39,365 nt of DNA, taken from a virus. Lineage: Duplodnaviria > Caudoviricetes. Location: the IMG/VR virus record IMGVR_UViG_3300048861_000032, positions 1-39,365 of that record; one strand, written 5' to 3'. How positions within the stretch are numbered: the stretch's first letter is position 1; each line of letters begins with the position of its first letter. Positions 1 to 8,466 of the stretch are shown piece by piece. The position numbers and the translations under genes were made by a program. The notes below the pieces were generated by a model. It had not been told where the DNA came from, did no database searches, and worked only from the letters and a program-made list of their open reading frames with translations.

Positions 1-77
1 AGCCCGTTTCCGCGCCAAGAATAACGCGAGTAACGATAGTAACGCGTTACATGGCGTTACGGAGCGTGACGAGCGTG
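1..77. repeat. 77-bp direct terminal repeat, left copy (circular assembly overlap)
   Basis: 1-77 is identical to 39239-39315. 77 is a common assembler k-mer size, and an ORF reads through the join. Confidence 0.95.
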
Positions 78-613
78 ACCCCCCCAATGATATATATTCT
101 AACCCCCCGGTTCCCCCATCAGCTAAAGCTGATTGCCCCCCGGTTTCTGAAAAAGTCGTTGAGGCTTGGAACGACCTCGCCGCTCGGCACCCGGCGCTAA
201 GCCAAGCCAGGGCTCTCACGCCGCAGCGCCGGAAGCATCTGGCGGCTCGGATCAAGGAACACGGCGAGGCTGCGGTTTTCGAGGCAATCGCCAACGTCGG
301 GGTCAGCGACTGGCATTCCGGCCGCAAGGGCGACTGGCACGCTGACCTCGGTTGGGTGCTGAAAAGCCCGGAGAATTTCCAGAAGCTGCTGGAAATCACC
401 CCTGCCAAGCCGGTCCATTCTGCGCCGAAATCCGCCAACGACGACGAGGTTTTCCGCCTGTTCCAGCTCCAGCAGCGTGGGGAGATCAGCGAGGACGAGT
501 TCATTCGCCGCCGCGCCGAGATCCAGAACCGCCCTCGTCGCCCCTCGACCGGGCGGACTGGAGCGCAGATCGGCGATCTCGTCGGCCGCATCGCGCAGCA
601 AAGTGCCCACTGA
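2..613 (+). CDS. Phage replication initiator (lambda O-like), C-terminal part; gene begins at GTG 39099 and crosses the circular junction (~250 aa)
   Basis: Frame is open from position 2 to TGA 613 and continuous with 39099-39238. It contains a 'VVEAWN...RRKHLAARIKEHG...WHADLGWVLKSPENFQKLLE' initiator-like C-terminal domain and internal iterons. It lies at the end of the early right operon. Confidence 0.75.
   Translation, partial: ARFRAKNNASNDSNALHGVTERDERDPPNDIYSNPPVPPSAKADCPPVSEKVVEAWNDLAARHPALSQARALTPQRRKHLAARIKEHGEAAVFEAIANVGVSDWHSGRKGDWHADLGWVLKSPENFQKLLEITPAKPVHSAPKSANDDEVFRLFQLQQRGEISEDEFIRRRAEIQNRPRRPSTGRTGAQIGDLVGRIAQQSAH
22..133. promoter_or_regulatory. Putative replication origin (iterons plus AT-rich tract) inside the initiator gene
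   Basis: TAACG at 22, 31 and 40; GCGT(T/G)AC at 44, 54, 64 and 73; central palindrome GTAACGCGTTAC 39-50; AT-rich aatgatatatattctaa 86-102; inverted repeat ATCAGCT-AA-AGCTGAT 118-133. Confidence 0.65.
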
Positions 614-678
614 TGACCCCGACACCCCAGCAAGGAGCCCACCACCATGCCCCGTGCCGGCGTCCTAAAAGGTAACTT

Positions 679-792
679 ATGGCTCACGCACTCGTCATCG
701 CGCTCAAGATCCTCGGCGGGCTCGCCGCCTGGATCATTCTCGACCTCGCTGTGGTGCTGCTCATCAAGCGGTTCGTGAAGCCGCTTGAGTGA
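679..792 (+). CDS. Small membrane protein (37 aa, MAHALVIALKILGGLAAWIILDLAVVLLIKRFVKPLE)
   Basis: Hand-translated ORF with a single hydrophobic segment and an upstream AAAAGGT RBS-like sequence. Confidence 0.55.
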   Translation: MAHALVIALKILGGLAAWIILDLAVVLLIKRFVKPLE

Positions 793-840
793 CACGAACG
801 CAGCAGCAACCAGCCCAGCACCAGTGAACGGAGACAGGAG

Positions 841-1440
841 ATGGCAAGAGCCAAGTCAGGAAGAAAGCGCAAGGCCGGCCCCCGTCATCCGGGCGGCCAA
901 CTCATCCAACGGGTAGCAGCTAACGACCGCGTACAGTCGCTTAGAGAGAGGTTCGCTGTGTTCGATGGAGGCAAGAAGCAGCCCGACCAGATCTATGACC
1001 CGATCGGACGGGCATGGGCGGCCGGCCTGCTGGAGAGCGGGACGATCGATCCGGTAATTCTCCGCGACATTGCTCGCACCTACGCCCGGCTGTACTGGTC
1101 GCACTGGCCCGCTAGCTCGGGCATCGCCCAATATGGCGAGATGATTGGCCGAGGCTCTGTCTCGGGCCCGTCAAACGACACCGCACGCAACGAAGCGTGG
1201 TTCAGCCGCCTCGATAACGCGCTGAGATCCAAGGGCCGTAAAGCAACAGATGCGGTGCATGCCCTGTGCGTGAACAGCTATCACCTCCCCGACGAGGAGA
1301 ATGATCCTCAGTGGCTCATGCGCCTGCTCGATGAGGCGCATGCCAAGGAGCGCCGAACAGTCCAGGGACGCGCGCCATGCGCACAGGACCGCGGGATGAT
1401 GCTCCTCGCTATCGAGGGGCTTCTAGCGATGGTGTCTTGA
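841..1440 (+). CDS. Putative late-gene transcription regulator (Q-like position; resembles the alphaproteobacterial DUF6456-type proteins)
   Basis: Strong AGGAG RBS, basic N-terminus (GRKRKAGPRHPGG), last early gene before a promoter/terminator pair and the terminase genes. Confidence 0.5.
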   Translation: MARAKSGRKRKAGPRHPGGQLIQRVAANDRVQSLRERFAVFDGGKKQPDQIYDPIGRAWAAGLLESGTIDPVILRDIARTYARLYWSHWPASSGIAQYGEMIGRGSVSGPSNDTARNEAWFSRLDNALRSKGRKATDAVHALCVNSYHLPDEENDPQWLMRLLDEAHAKERRTVQGRAPCAQDRGMMLLAIEGLLAMVS

Positions 1441-1465
1441 CACGGGTAGCAAGGGCGGTCATGGT
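1437..1465 (+). promoter_or_regulatory. Putative late promoter (pR'-like)
   Basis: TTGACA at 1437-1442, a 17-nt spacer, then a weak -10 (CATGGT). Confidence 0.5.
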
Positions 1466-1493
1466 TCACGTAATAGTAGATGGGAATGGTTCG

Positions 1494-1525
1494 CCCGGTG
1501 GCTAACGCTGCCGGGTTTTTTGTTT
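1494..1525 (+). terminator. Rho-independent terminator (tR'-like) ahead of the late operon
   Basis: CCCGGTGGC-taac-GCTGCCGGG hairpin followed by TTTTTTGTTT. Confidence 0.8.
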
Positions 1526-1536
1526 GGAGGCGCCCG

Positions 1537-1740
1537 ATGGGAAGGCCGGTCGCACGACGACTGCTCCCAGACGGCTTTCTAGATCGTCTGTCCATCCTCG
1601 CCCATGAACTGGAGATCGCCGCAAACGATCTTCACGAGGCGAGACACGACCCGCGCGACCCATCCATTTCCCACATTGGCAGGATAGATGGAGCGCGCTG
1701 CATGAAGCGCATCGCGGCCGAGCTAAGGAAGATCAAGTGA
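1537..1740 (+). CDS. Hypothetical protein (67 aa)
   Basis: GGAGG RBS at 1526-1530; its stop overlaps the TerS start (GTGA). Confidence 0.6.
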   Translation: MGRPVARRLLPDGFLDRLSILAHELEIAANDLHEARHDPRDPSISHIGRIDGARCMKRIAAELRKIK

Positions 1741-2285
1741 GCGAGGGCGCTGGCCGTCCGGGCCTATTCACGCAGGACATAGCGGACGCCATCTGTGTCC
1801 GTCTTGCTGATGGGGAGAGCCTGCGCTCAATCTGCCTCGATGAGGCTATGCCGGCTAAATCCACAGTGCTGCTGTGGCTGACCAAGCCGGAATACAGCGC
1901 ATTCTTGGACCAGTACACCCGCGCGCGGGAAGTTCAGGCTGACAGCCTGGTCGATGAGATACCGGACATCGCGGATGACGGATCGAACGACTGGATGGAG
2001 AGGCGTGACGCAGAGGGCGGTAACGTAGGCTGGCGCGAGAACGGCGAGGCCATCGGCAGGTCGCGTCTCCGCATCGATGCGCGCAAGTGGCTGGCCGGAC
2101 AGATGAAGCCGAAGGTCTACGGTGAACGTAAGAGCGTGGAACTGACCGGCAAGGACGGCGGCCCGATCCAGACGGAGCAGGTTGCGAATGACGCAGATGC
2201 TTTCCGCCGCAGACTGCTTTCGGGCGCTATCGCCGGAACAGCAGCAAGCGGAACTGGAGAAGCTGACACCGGAAGCGCAGGCTGA
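1737..2285 (+). CDS. terS: Terminase small subunit (Sf6 gp1-like)
   Basis: 'FTQDIADAICVRLADGESLRSIC...MP...TVLLWL', 'RLRIDARKW' and 'ELTGKDGGPI' motifs; directly upstream of TerL. Confidence 0.92.
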   Translation: MSEGAGRPGLFTQDIADAICVRLADGESLRSICLDEAMPAKSTVLLWLTKPEYSAFLDQYTRAREVQADSLVDEIPDIADDGSNDWMERRDAEGGNVGWRENGEAIGRSRLRIDARKWLAGQMKPKVYGERKSVELTGKDGGPIQTEQVANDADAFRRRLLSGAIAGTAASGTGEADTGSAG

Positions 2286-3549
2286 ACTTCTTTATGACTG
2301 GCAGTTCTGGTCTCGGCCCGACCAGGTCGCGCCAGAGGGTGATTGGGGCAACTGGCTGATCCTGGCCGGCCGTGGCTGGGGCAAGACGCGCTGCGGTTCG
2401 GAATGGACGCGCAAGGTTGCCACGGAGAATCCTGGCTGCCGGATCGCACTGGTGGGCCTGACCGCCGCTGATGCGCGTGACGTGATCGTGGAGGGTGAAA
2501 GCGGCATCGTCTCGGTTCACCCCGAGGCAGAGCGCCCGCTCTATGAGCCATCGAAGCGGCGCATCACATGGCCGAACGGCAGTATGGCGACGTGCTACAA
2601 TGCGAGCGAGCCCGACCAGCTTCGCGGCCCGCAGCATCATTTTGCGTGGGTCGACGAGCTGGCGAAGTTCCCCGCCGCACAGGAATTGTGGGATCAGTTG
2701 GCGTTCGGTCTCAGGCTCGGCACTCGCCCTCAGGTGGTGGTGACTACAACGCCGAGACCAATCCCAATCATCAAGCGCCTGATGGAAGATCGCCGCACGA
2801 TCGTTACGCGTGGGCGGACGCTCGACAATGTGAGCAATCTGGCTCCCGGCTCGGTGGAGGCGATGATGGATCGCTACGCCGGGACGAGGTTGGGTCGGCA
2901 GGAGCTGGACGGAGAGATCCTAGACGACGTTCCGGGCGCGCTCTGGACGCGTGAGATGCTGGACAGGACACGGGCCGCCGAAGCGCCTGAGATGTCGCGG
3001 GTTGTGGTCGCGATCGATCCGAGCGGCACGAACGGTTCAGACGAAGGCGATGATGTTGGCATCGTGGTTGCTGGGCGTGGCGTTGACGGGCGCGGCTATG
3101 TGCTGGCGGACCGCACTTGCAAACTCTCGCCCGATGGGTGGGCGCGTATGGCGATCACCGCTTTCTATGAGTTCAAGGCTGACCGTATCGTGGCCGAGCG
3201 AAATTTCGGCGGCGCGATGGTGGAGGCCATCATCCGGGCTTCCGATCGCTCGGTGCCGTACAAGGAAGTGGTGGCGTCACGCGGCAAGGCGGTCCGCGCC
3301 GAGCCCATCAGCGCGCTCTACGAGCAGGGCCGGGTCAGCCACGTCGGTTCGCAGCCCGAGCTTGAAGACGAAATGATGCTGATGACGGCTGGCGGCTTCA
3401 TGGGCGAAGACTCACCCAACCGCGTAGACGCACTAGTCTGGGCACTGACTGAGGCCATGCTCGGCTACATGCCGGGCAGGCCGGACGTGCAATTGAACGT
3501 CGGAAAGAAACCGAACCTGCAACTTCGACCAGGAGGCTGGATGCGCTAA
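2197..3549 (+). CDS. terL: Terminase large subunit
   Basis: Walker A 'AGRGWGKTR', 'LRGPQHHFAWVDE' Walker B, 'TTTPRP' motif C, RNase H-like 'VVAIDP' and 'SPNRVDALVW'. Confidence 0.96.
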   Translation: MLSAADCFRALSPEQQQAELEKLTPEAQAELLYDWQFWSRPDQVAPEGDWGNWLILAGRGWGKTRCGSEWTRKVATENPGCRIALVGLTAADARDVIVEGESGIVSVHPEAERPLYEPSKRRITWPNGSMATCYNASEPDQLRGPQHHFAWVDELAKFPAAQELWDQLAFGLRLGTRPQVVVTTTPRPIPIIKRLMEDRRTIVTRGRTLDNVSNLAPGSVEAMMDRYAGTRLGRQELDGEILDDVPGALWTREMLDRTRAAEAPEMSRVVVAIDPSGTNGSDEGDDVGIVVAGRGVDGRGYVLADRTCKLSPDGWARMAITAFYEFKADRIVAERNFGGAMVEAIIRASDRSVPYKEVVASRGKAVRAEPISALYEQGRVSHVGSQPELEDEMMLMTAGGFMGEDSPNRVDALVWALTEAMLGYMPGRPDVQLNVGKKPNLQLRPGGWMR

Positions 3550-5681
3550 TGGCGAAGAAAGAGTCCGGGATCGATCCCATCCTCCTCGAGGCGCGCAAAC
3601 GCTTCAAACGCTGCGAGGATTGGGAGGCCGAGGCTCGTCGACGCTTCAAGGCTGACATCAAATTCGCCAACGCCGATTCCGACAACGGTTGGCAGTGGGA
3701 AGACGATATCCGATCGTCGCGCAATCTCGACAACCGCCCGTGCCTGACGATCAACAAGACCCGCCAGCATAACCTGCAGGTCATCAACGATGCCAAGCAG
3801 AACAAGCCGAGCGTCACGATCCGCCCGGTGGGTGATGGAGCGACGTACAAGGCCGCGCAGGTGTTCGAGGGCGTGGTGCGGCACATCGAGTATATCTCGG
3901 GCGGAGAGGTCGTCTATGACACGGCCACAACCTTCCAGGTGCAGGGCGGCATCGGCTATTGGCGCGTCGTCACCGACTATGCCGAGGGCGATACGCTCGA
4001 TCAGGAGATCTTCCTGCGCCGCGTGAAAGACCCGCTGACGATCTACCTCGATCCCGACATCCGCGAGCTTGACGGCTCGGATGCCCGGTTCGGCTTCGTG
4101 TTCGACGACATCGACAAGGACGACTGGCACGCCCAGCACCCGCACTTCAAGGATGTGGGCGACCTTCCAACGATCGGGGCCGGCGACGACTGGCTGAACC
4201 AGAAGAAGATCCGCATCGCCGAATATTTCCGCGTCGTCGAGAAGTCAGACCAGCTTCTGAGCTACGTCGACGACCAGGGGCAGCGCCAGACCGCGCGGGC
4301 GAGCAAGCTTCCGCCCGAGGTCATCGTCGAGCTGCTGAAGGACGAGACGACCCGCACGCGCGAGGTCACCGACCGCAAGATCGAGTGGTACAAGATCGCC
4401 GGCGACAAGATTGTCGAGAAGGGCACCTGGCTCGGCAAGTACATCCCGATCGTCCGCGTCATAGGCGAAGAGACGGTCATCGACGGGAGGCTCGATCGCA
4501 AGGGCCACACCCGCGCGATGAAGGACTCTCAGCGGCAGTACAACTACTGGACCAGCGCAGCTGCTGAGTTCGTCGCGCTGCAGGGTAAGAGCCCGTTTGT
4601 CGGCTCGGCTCGCGCGATCGAGGGGCTCGAGAGCTACTGGGAAACAGCCAACACCGAAAACTATTCGATGTTGCCGTACAATGACATCGACGAAGCGGGC
4701 CAGCCGATCGCACGTCCCGAGCGTTCAGCGCCTCCGGTCATGGCGCCGGCCTACATCTCGGGCATGCAGGTTGCGCGGCAGGAGCTGATGGAGGTCTCTG
4801 GCCAGTATCAGGCCGAGATGGGCGCCCCTAGCAATGAGCGTTCCGGCAAGGCTATTCAGGAGCGCCAGCGTCAGGGCGACAACGCGACCTATCATTTCAT
4901 CGACGGTCTCGCGATTGCCATCCGCTTTACCGGCAAGATACTGATCGACCTGATTCCGAAGATCTACGACACGCCGCGCGTCGTCCGCATTCTGGCCGAG
5001 GACGGCACGGCGCAGGTGGTGCAGCTCGATCCCAGCGCCAAGCAATCATATCAGCCGACACAGCAGCCGGGCGACCCGCAGGACCAGAAGGACCAGCAGG
5101 ACGAGATGGCCGCCATTCAGGCCATCTTTAACCCCAATGTGGGGCGTTACGACGTCCAAGCTGACATCGGGCCGGATTACGGCACGCAGCGTCAGGAGAC
5201 ATTCAACGCGGTGAGCCAGATCCTCCAGGCAGACAATGGCCTGATGCCTGTGATCGGCGACATCATGTTCAAGGCCGCTGACTTCCCGATGGCCGATGAG
5301 ATTGCGGAGCGCATGCATCGCATGGTGCCGGCACAGGCGCTTGGCGGGCCAAACCCCGAGGTGGTCCAGCTCCAGCAGCAGCTTGGGCAGATGCAGCACG
5401 CGCTGCAGGGCATGACCGAGGCACTGGGCGATGCGAAGAAGGATCAGGAAGCCAAGCTCTCGAAGGCTGATACCGACAAGTACCGCGCCGAGACGGATCG
5501 CTTGGGTCTCGCCGTGGATGTCGACCCGCTCGCGCTCGTTCCGGTCATTCGGGCGACCGTCATGGAGGCCCTTGCGGACATGCTGAAGAGCAACAGCATC
5601 GTCCCGCAGATGCCCGAAGGAACGCCTGTGGTCGGGTCGCAGACGCGGCTTCCCGAACCCACCCAAGCAGAAGCCGCATAG
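3549..5681 (+). CDS. Portal protein (P22 gp1-like)
   Basis: 710 aa after TerL, with 'RPCLTINK', 'MKDSQRQYNYW', 'SNERSGKAIQERQRQG' and 'LIPKIYDTPRVVRILAEDG' motifs typical of P22-like portals. Confidence 0.93.
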   Translation: MAKKESGIDPILLEARKRFKRCEDWEAEARRRFKADIKFANADSDNGWQWEDDIRSSRNLDNRPCLTINKTRQHNLQVINDAKQNKPSVTIRPVGDGATYKAAQVFEGVVRHIEYISGGEVVYDTATTFQVQGGIGYWRVVTDYAEGDTLDQEIFLRRVKDPLTIYLDPDIRELDGSDARFGFVFDDIDKDDWHAQHPHFKDVGDLPTIGAGDDWLNQKKIRIAEYFRVVEKSDQLLSYVDDQGQRQTARASKLPPEVIVELLKDETTRTREVTDRKIEWYKIAGDKIVEKGTWLGKYIPIVRVIGEETVIDGRLDRKGHTRAMKDSQRQYNYWTSAAAEFVALQGKSPFVGSARAIEGLESYWETANTENYSMLPYNDIDEAGQPIARPERSAPPVMAPAYISGMQVARQELMEVSGQYQAEMGAPSNERSGKAIQERQRQGDNATYHFIDGLAIAIRFTGKILIDLIPKIYDTPRVVRILAEDGTAQVVQLDPSAKQSYQPTQQPGDPQDQKDQQDEMAAIQAIFNPNVGRYDVQADIGPDYGTQRQETFNAVSQILQADNGLMPVIGDIMFKAADFPMADEIAERMHRMVPAQALGGPNPEVVQLQQQLGQMQHALQGMTEALGDAKKDQEAKLSKADTDKYRAETDRLGLAVDVDPLALVPVIRATVMEALADMLKSNSIVPQMPEGTPVVGSQTRLPEPTQAEAA

Positions 5682-5691
5682 GAGACACGAC

Positions 5692-6072
5692 ATGGCCTAC
5701 ACTGGTGTTGCAACCGACAATCCGACGCTTCAGTCCGTCACGATGCGTGGCCCGTTCTTCGCCAACGCGGTGACGGGCTACACCGCGCTTGCCGGTGGTG
5801 GTCAGGCTGGAGCGGTTCCGATGACGGGCGACATCAATGTCGTCACGACCGTTGGCACCGCCGCAGACAGCGTGCTCCTGCCTCCGGCCGCTGCCGGCCG
5901 CGAGATCACGGTCACCAATGCCGCGGCGGCGAACAGCATGAACGTCTTCCCGTTCTCGGGCGACAAGATCAACGCGCTGTCGGCCAACGCTGCCTTTGCG
6001 GTTGCTGCCGGCAAGACCTGCACCTTTCTCTCTGCAGTTGCCGGACAGTGGTACGCGCTGCTGAGCGCCTAA
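5692..6072 (+). CDS. Small Ala/Thr/Gly-rich virion protein, possibly a head decoration or fibre protein
   Basis: AGGAG RBS; beta-rich composition; between portal and scaffold. Confidence 0.55.
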   Translation: MAYTGVATDNPTLQSVTMRGPFFANAVTGYTALAGGGQAGAVPMTGDINVVTTVGTAADSVLLPPAAAGREITVTNAAAANSMNVFPFSGDKINALSANAAFAVAAGKTCTFLSAVAGQWYALLSA

Positions 6073-6144
6073 CCCTATTCCCCCGCATCGGGGGTAATGC
6101 CTGACCGCTTGGCGAATAGCGGGCACAATCACTTGGGACACCCC

Positions 6145-6855
6145 ATGCAAGACGGTGAACTGGAGGTCACACAGGGCCTGCCGGAAGGCGAAACTGTGGT
6201 CGAAACGCCCGCGATTGAGAACGCTCCCGCGACGGGCACGGAGCAGGCACCCGAACAGCCGGTCGAAGAAGATCCGAAGCCCAGGCACAAGCCTTGGTTT
6301 CAGGAGCGGATCGATCAGGTCACGCGGGAGAAGTATGAGGAAAAGAGGCGCGCAGATGCGCTAGAGGCGACGCTCGCGGAGATCCGCAAGGCCGACCCTG
6401 ACAAGCCCATCCAGGCGGGCGAAATCGACCGTCTCGCGGCCGCAAGGGTCGACGAGATGCTCAAGGCCCGCCAGTTCGACGACAAGTGCAACGAGGTATA
6501 TTCTTCGGGCAAAACCGAGTTTCAGGATTTTGACGACACGATCGCCAATTTCCGGATGCTCGGCGGTCTGCCGGTTCCCGTTCTGGAAGCCGTCAACCAG
6601 CTGCCCGATGCGCACAAGGTCCTCTACGCGCTTGGTCAGGACATGGATGAGGCGGCACGCATCCTGAGCCTTGCCCCCGTACCCATGGCAGTTGCCCTCG
6701 CAAAGCTCTCGATGAGCCCGGCGAAGGCGAAGCCTGTCAGCAATGCACCACCTCCCATTCGTACGATCGACGCATCTCCACGGGGCGAGAAGTCGCCTGA
6801 GGACATGACGACGGCCGAGTGGATCAAGTGGCGCGAGGACTCTCTGAAGTCCTGA
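6145..6855 (+). CDS. Scaffolding protein
   Basis: Acidic N-terminus, coiled coil 'FQERIDQVTREKYEEKRRA', C-terminal 'VSNAPPPI...EDMTTAEWIKWRE'; immediately upstream of the coat gene. Confidence 0.85.
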   Translation: MQDGELEVTQGLPEGETVVETPAIENAPATGTEQAPEQPVEEDPKPRHKPWFQERIDQVTREKYEEKRRADALEATLAEIRKADPDKPIQAGEIDRLAAARVDEMLKARQFDDKCNEVYSSGKTEFQDFDDTIANFRMLGGLPVPVLEAVNQLPDAHKVLYALGQDMDEAARILSLAPVPMAVALAKLSMSPAKAKPVSNAPPPIRTIDASPRGEKSPEDMTTAEWIKWREDSLKS

Positions 6856-6927
6856 TCCGTACCACCCGAATGGAACGTCGGATGACGTGCCGTTCCCCGC
6901 GCCCGCAAGGGCCTGATGGAGCTTTTC

Positions 6928-8127
6928 ATGGCCAATACGATCCTGACCATCAACCAGATCACGCGCGAAGCCGTGCGTCTCTGGAAGAACTCGAACGCCT
7001 TCCTGCAGAACATCGATCGCCAGTATGACGACGAGTTCGCCAAGTCGGGCGCCAAGATCGGTTCGTCGCTGCGCATTCGCCTGCCCAACGACTTCACCGT
7101 TCGTACCGGCGCCGCCGCTTCGCCGCAGGATACGACCGAGCAGAACACCACGCTCACCGTGGCGACGCAGAAGGGCGTGGACGTTCAGTTCTCGTCCGCC
7201 GAGCGCGCGCTCTCGCTGGATGACTATTCCAAGCGCATCCTCGCCCCTGCAATCAACAACCTCGCCGGCGCGGTCGCGGCCGACATCATCTCGGGTGCAG
7301 AGGCGATCCCGAATTTCGTCAACAAGGTCGACGGCTCGGGCAACACCATCACCCCCGATGTCACGACCTGGCTCAATGCCGGCGCGCTCCTGGACTCGCT
7401 GTCTGCCCCCAAGGCTGACCGCAAGATCATGATCGATCCGTTCACGCAGGCGCGCACGGTGGGCTCGCTCGCCGGCCTGCTGAACCCGCAGGGCGCGCTG
7501 TCCAAGCAGTACGCAACCGGCTCGATGACCAGCGCGCTCGGCTACGACTGGATGATGGACCAGACGGTCGGAAAGCACACCACGGGTGCTTACGGCACGC
7601 TGGGCAACATCTCGGGCGCCGGCCAGACCGGCTCGACCATCACTGTGACGGCGCTGAACGGTCCGCTCAAGAAGGGTGACATCATCACCCTGCCGGGCTC
7701 CAACTCGGTCAACCGCATCACCAAGGGTGATAACGGCGTACTGGCGCAGTTCACGGTGACGGCGGACGTGGCGGCCTCGGCTACCTCGATCCCGATCTAT
7801 CCGGCGATCGTGGTTGCTCCCGCAGCCTATGCGACCGTGACAGCCTCGCCCACCAACGGGCAGCCGATCAAGGTCGTCAACAAGGCGTCCGAGGTCTACC
7901 GCAAGAACTTCGCGTTCCTGCCGCAGGCCGCTACGATGGTGACGGCGGATCTCGAACTGCCGCGCGGCGTGCACGAAGCTGCTCGGGAAACGTTCGACGG
8001 CACCAGCCTCCGCATGGTGACCGCCTACAACGTCTCGACCGACCAGTTCATCACCCGTCTCGATATTCTGTACGGATATCAGTGGGTGCGGCCGGAATGG
8101 GCCGTGGTCGTCGCGGACGCTCTCTGA
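6928..8127 (+). CDS. Major capsid protein (P22 gp5 family)
   Basis: 'MANTILTINQITREA', 'KIGSSLRIRLP', 'LSLDDYSKRILAPA' and 'TRLDILYG' motifs; GGAG RBS at 6918-6921. Confidence 0.95.
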   Translation: MANTILTINQITREAVRLWKNSNAFLQNIDRQYDDEFAKSGAKIGSSLRIRLPNDFTVRTGAAASPQDTTEQNTTLTVATQKGVDVQFSSAERALSLDDYSKRILAPAINNLAGAVAADIISGAEAIPNFVNKVDGSGNTITPDVTTWLNAGALLDSLSAPKADRKIMIDPFTQARTVGSLAGLLNPQGALSKQYATGSMTSALGYDWMMDQTVGKHTTGAYGTLGNISGAGQTGSTITVTALNGPLKKGDIITLPGSNSVNRITKGDNGVLAQFTVTADVAASATSIPIYPAIVVAPAAYATVTASPTNGQPIKVVNKASEVYRKNFAFLPQAATMVTADLELPRGVHEAARETFDGTSLRMVTAYNVSTDQFITRLDILYGYQWVRPEWAVVVADAL

Positions 8128-8133
8128 CCCCAT

Positions 8134-8166
8134 AGGGCGCGGCTTTCGGGTCGCGCCCTTCTTTCT
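8134..8166 (+). terminator. Rho-independent terminator after the coat gene
   Basis: AGGGCGCGGC-TTTCGG-GTCGCGCCCT hairpin followed by TCTTTCT. Confidence 0.8.
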
Positions 8167-8180
8167 GACGGAGGGCCAGC

Positions 8181-8462
8181 ATGGCAACCGACCGCTTCGC
8201 GAAATCGCAGGGGCCTTGGCCTACGGAATATCTGGATGACCCGTCGAGCTCGGCTGTCGCGGTCACGCCGTCCGATGCCACCCCGCTCACGGCAATCCCC
8301 AAGATGCTCTTCGTGGGCGTGTCGGGCGACATCACCATGACCCTGGCCCATGACAGCGCGAGCGTTCTGTTCAAGGCGGTTCCGGTGGGCATTCTCCGCG
8401 TTCGGCCGGGACAGGTCTTCGCCACGGGCACGACCGCGACCAACATCCTGGCGCTGTACTGA
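8181..8462 (+). CDS. Head spike base-like protein (resembles RcGTA Rcc01079 family)
   Basis: 'AVTPSD...LFVGVSGDITMTL...VLFKAVPVG-ILRVRPGQVFATGTTATNILAL' matches the family pattern as recalled. Confidence 0.7.
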   Translation: MATDRFAKSQGPWPTEYLDDPSSSAVAVTPSDATPLTAIPKMLFVGVSGDITMTLAHDSASVLFKAVPVGILRVRPGQVFATGTTATNILALY

Positions 8463-8466
8463 TCCC

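Noticed and set aside
1-77. Biological direct terminal repeat of the virion DNA
   Set aside because: The length equals a common assembly k-mer and it falls mid-gene. P22/Sf6-type terminases usually package by headful, without fixed short repeats.
22-79. CRISPR array or mini-array
   Set aside because: The repeats are 5-7 bp with 2-4 bp spacing, in two orientations, inside a coding region. This fits iterons, and there are no cas genes.
6361-8187. 608-aa minus-strand ORF, and similar long antisense ORFs at 12935-14365, 9372-10304 and 31371-32288
   Set aside because: These are shadow frames of high-GC genes with strong codon bias. They have no RBS or motifs and lie opposite clear phage genes.
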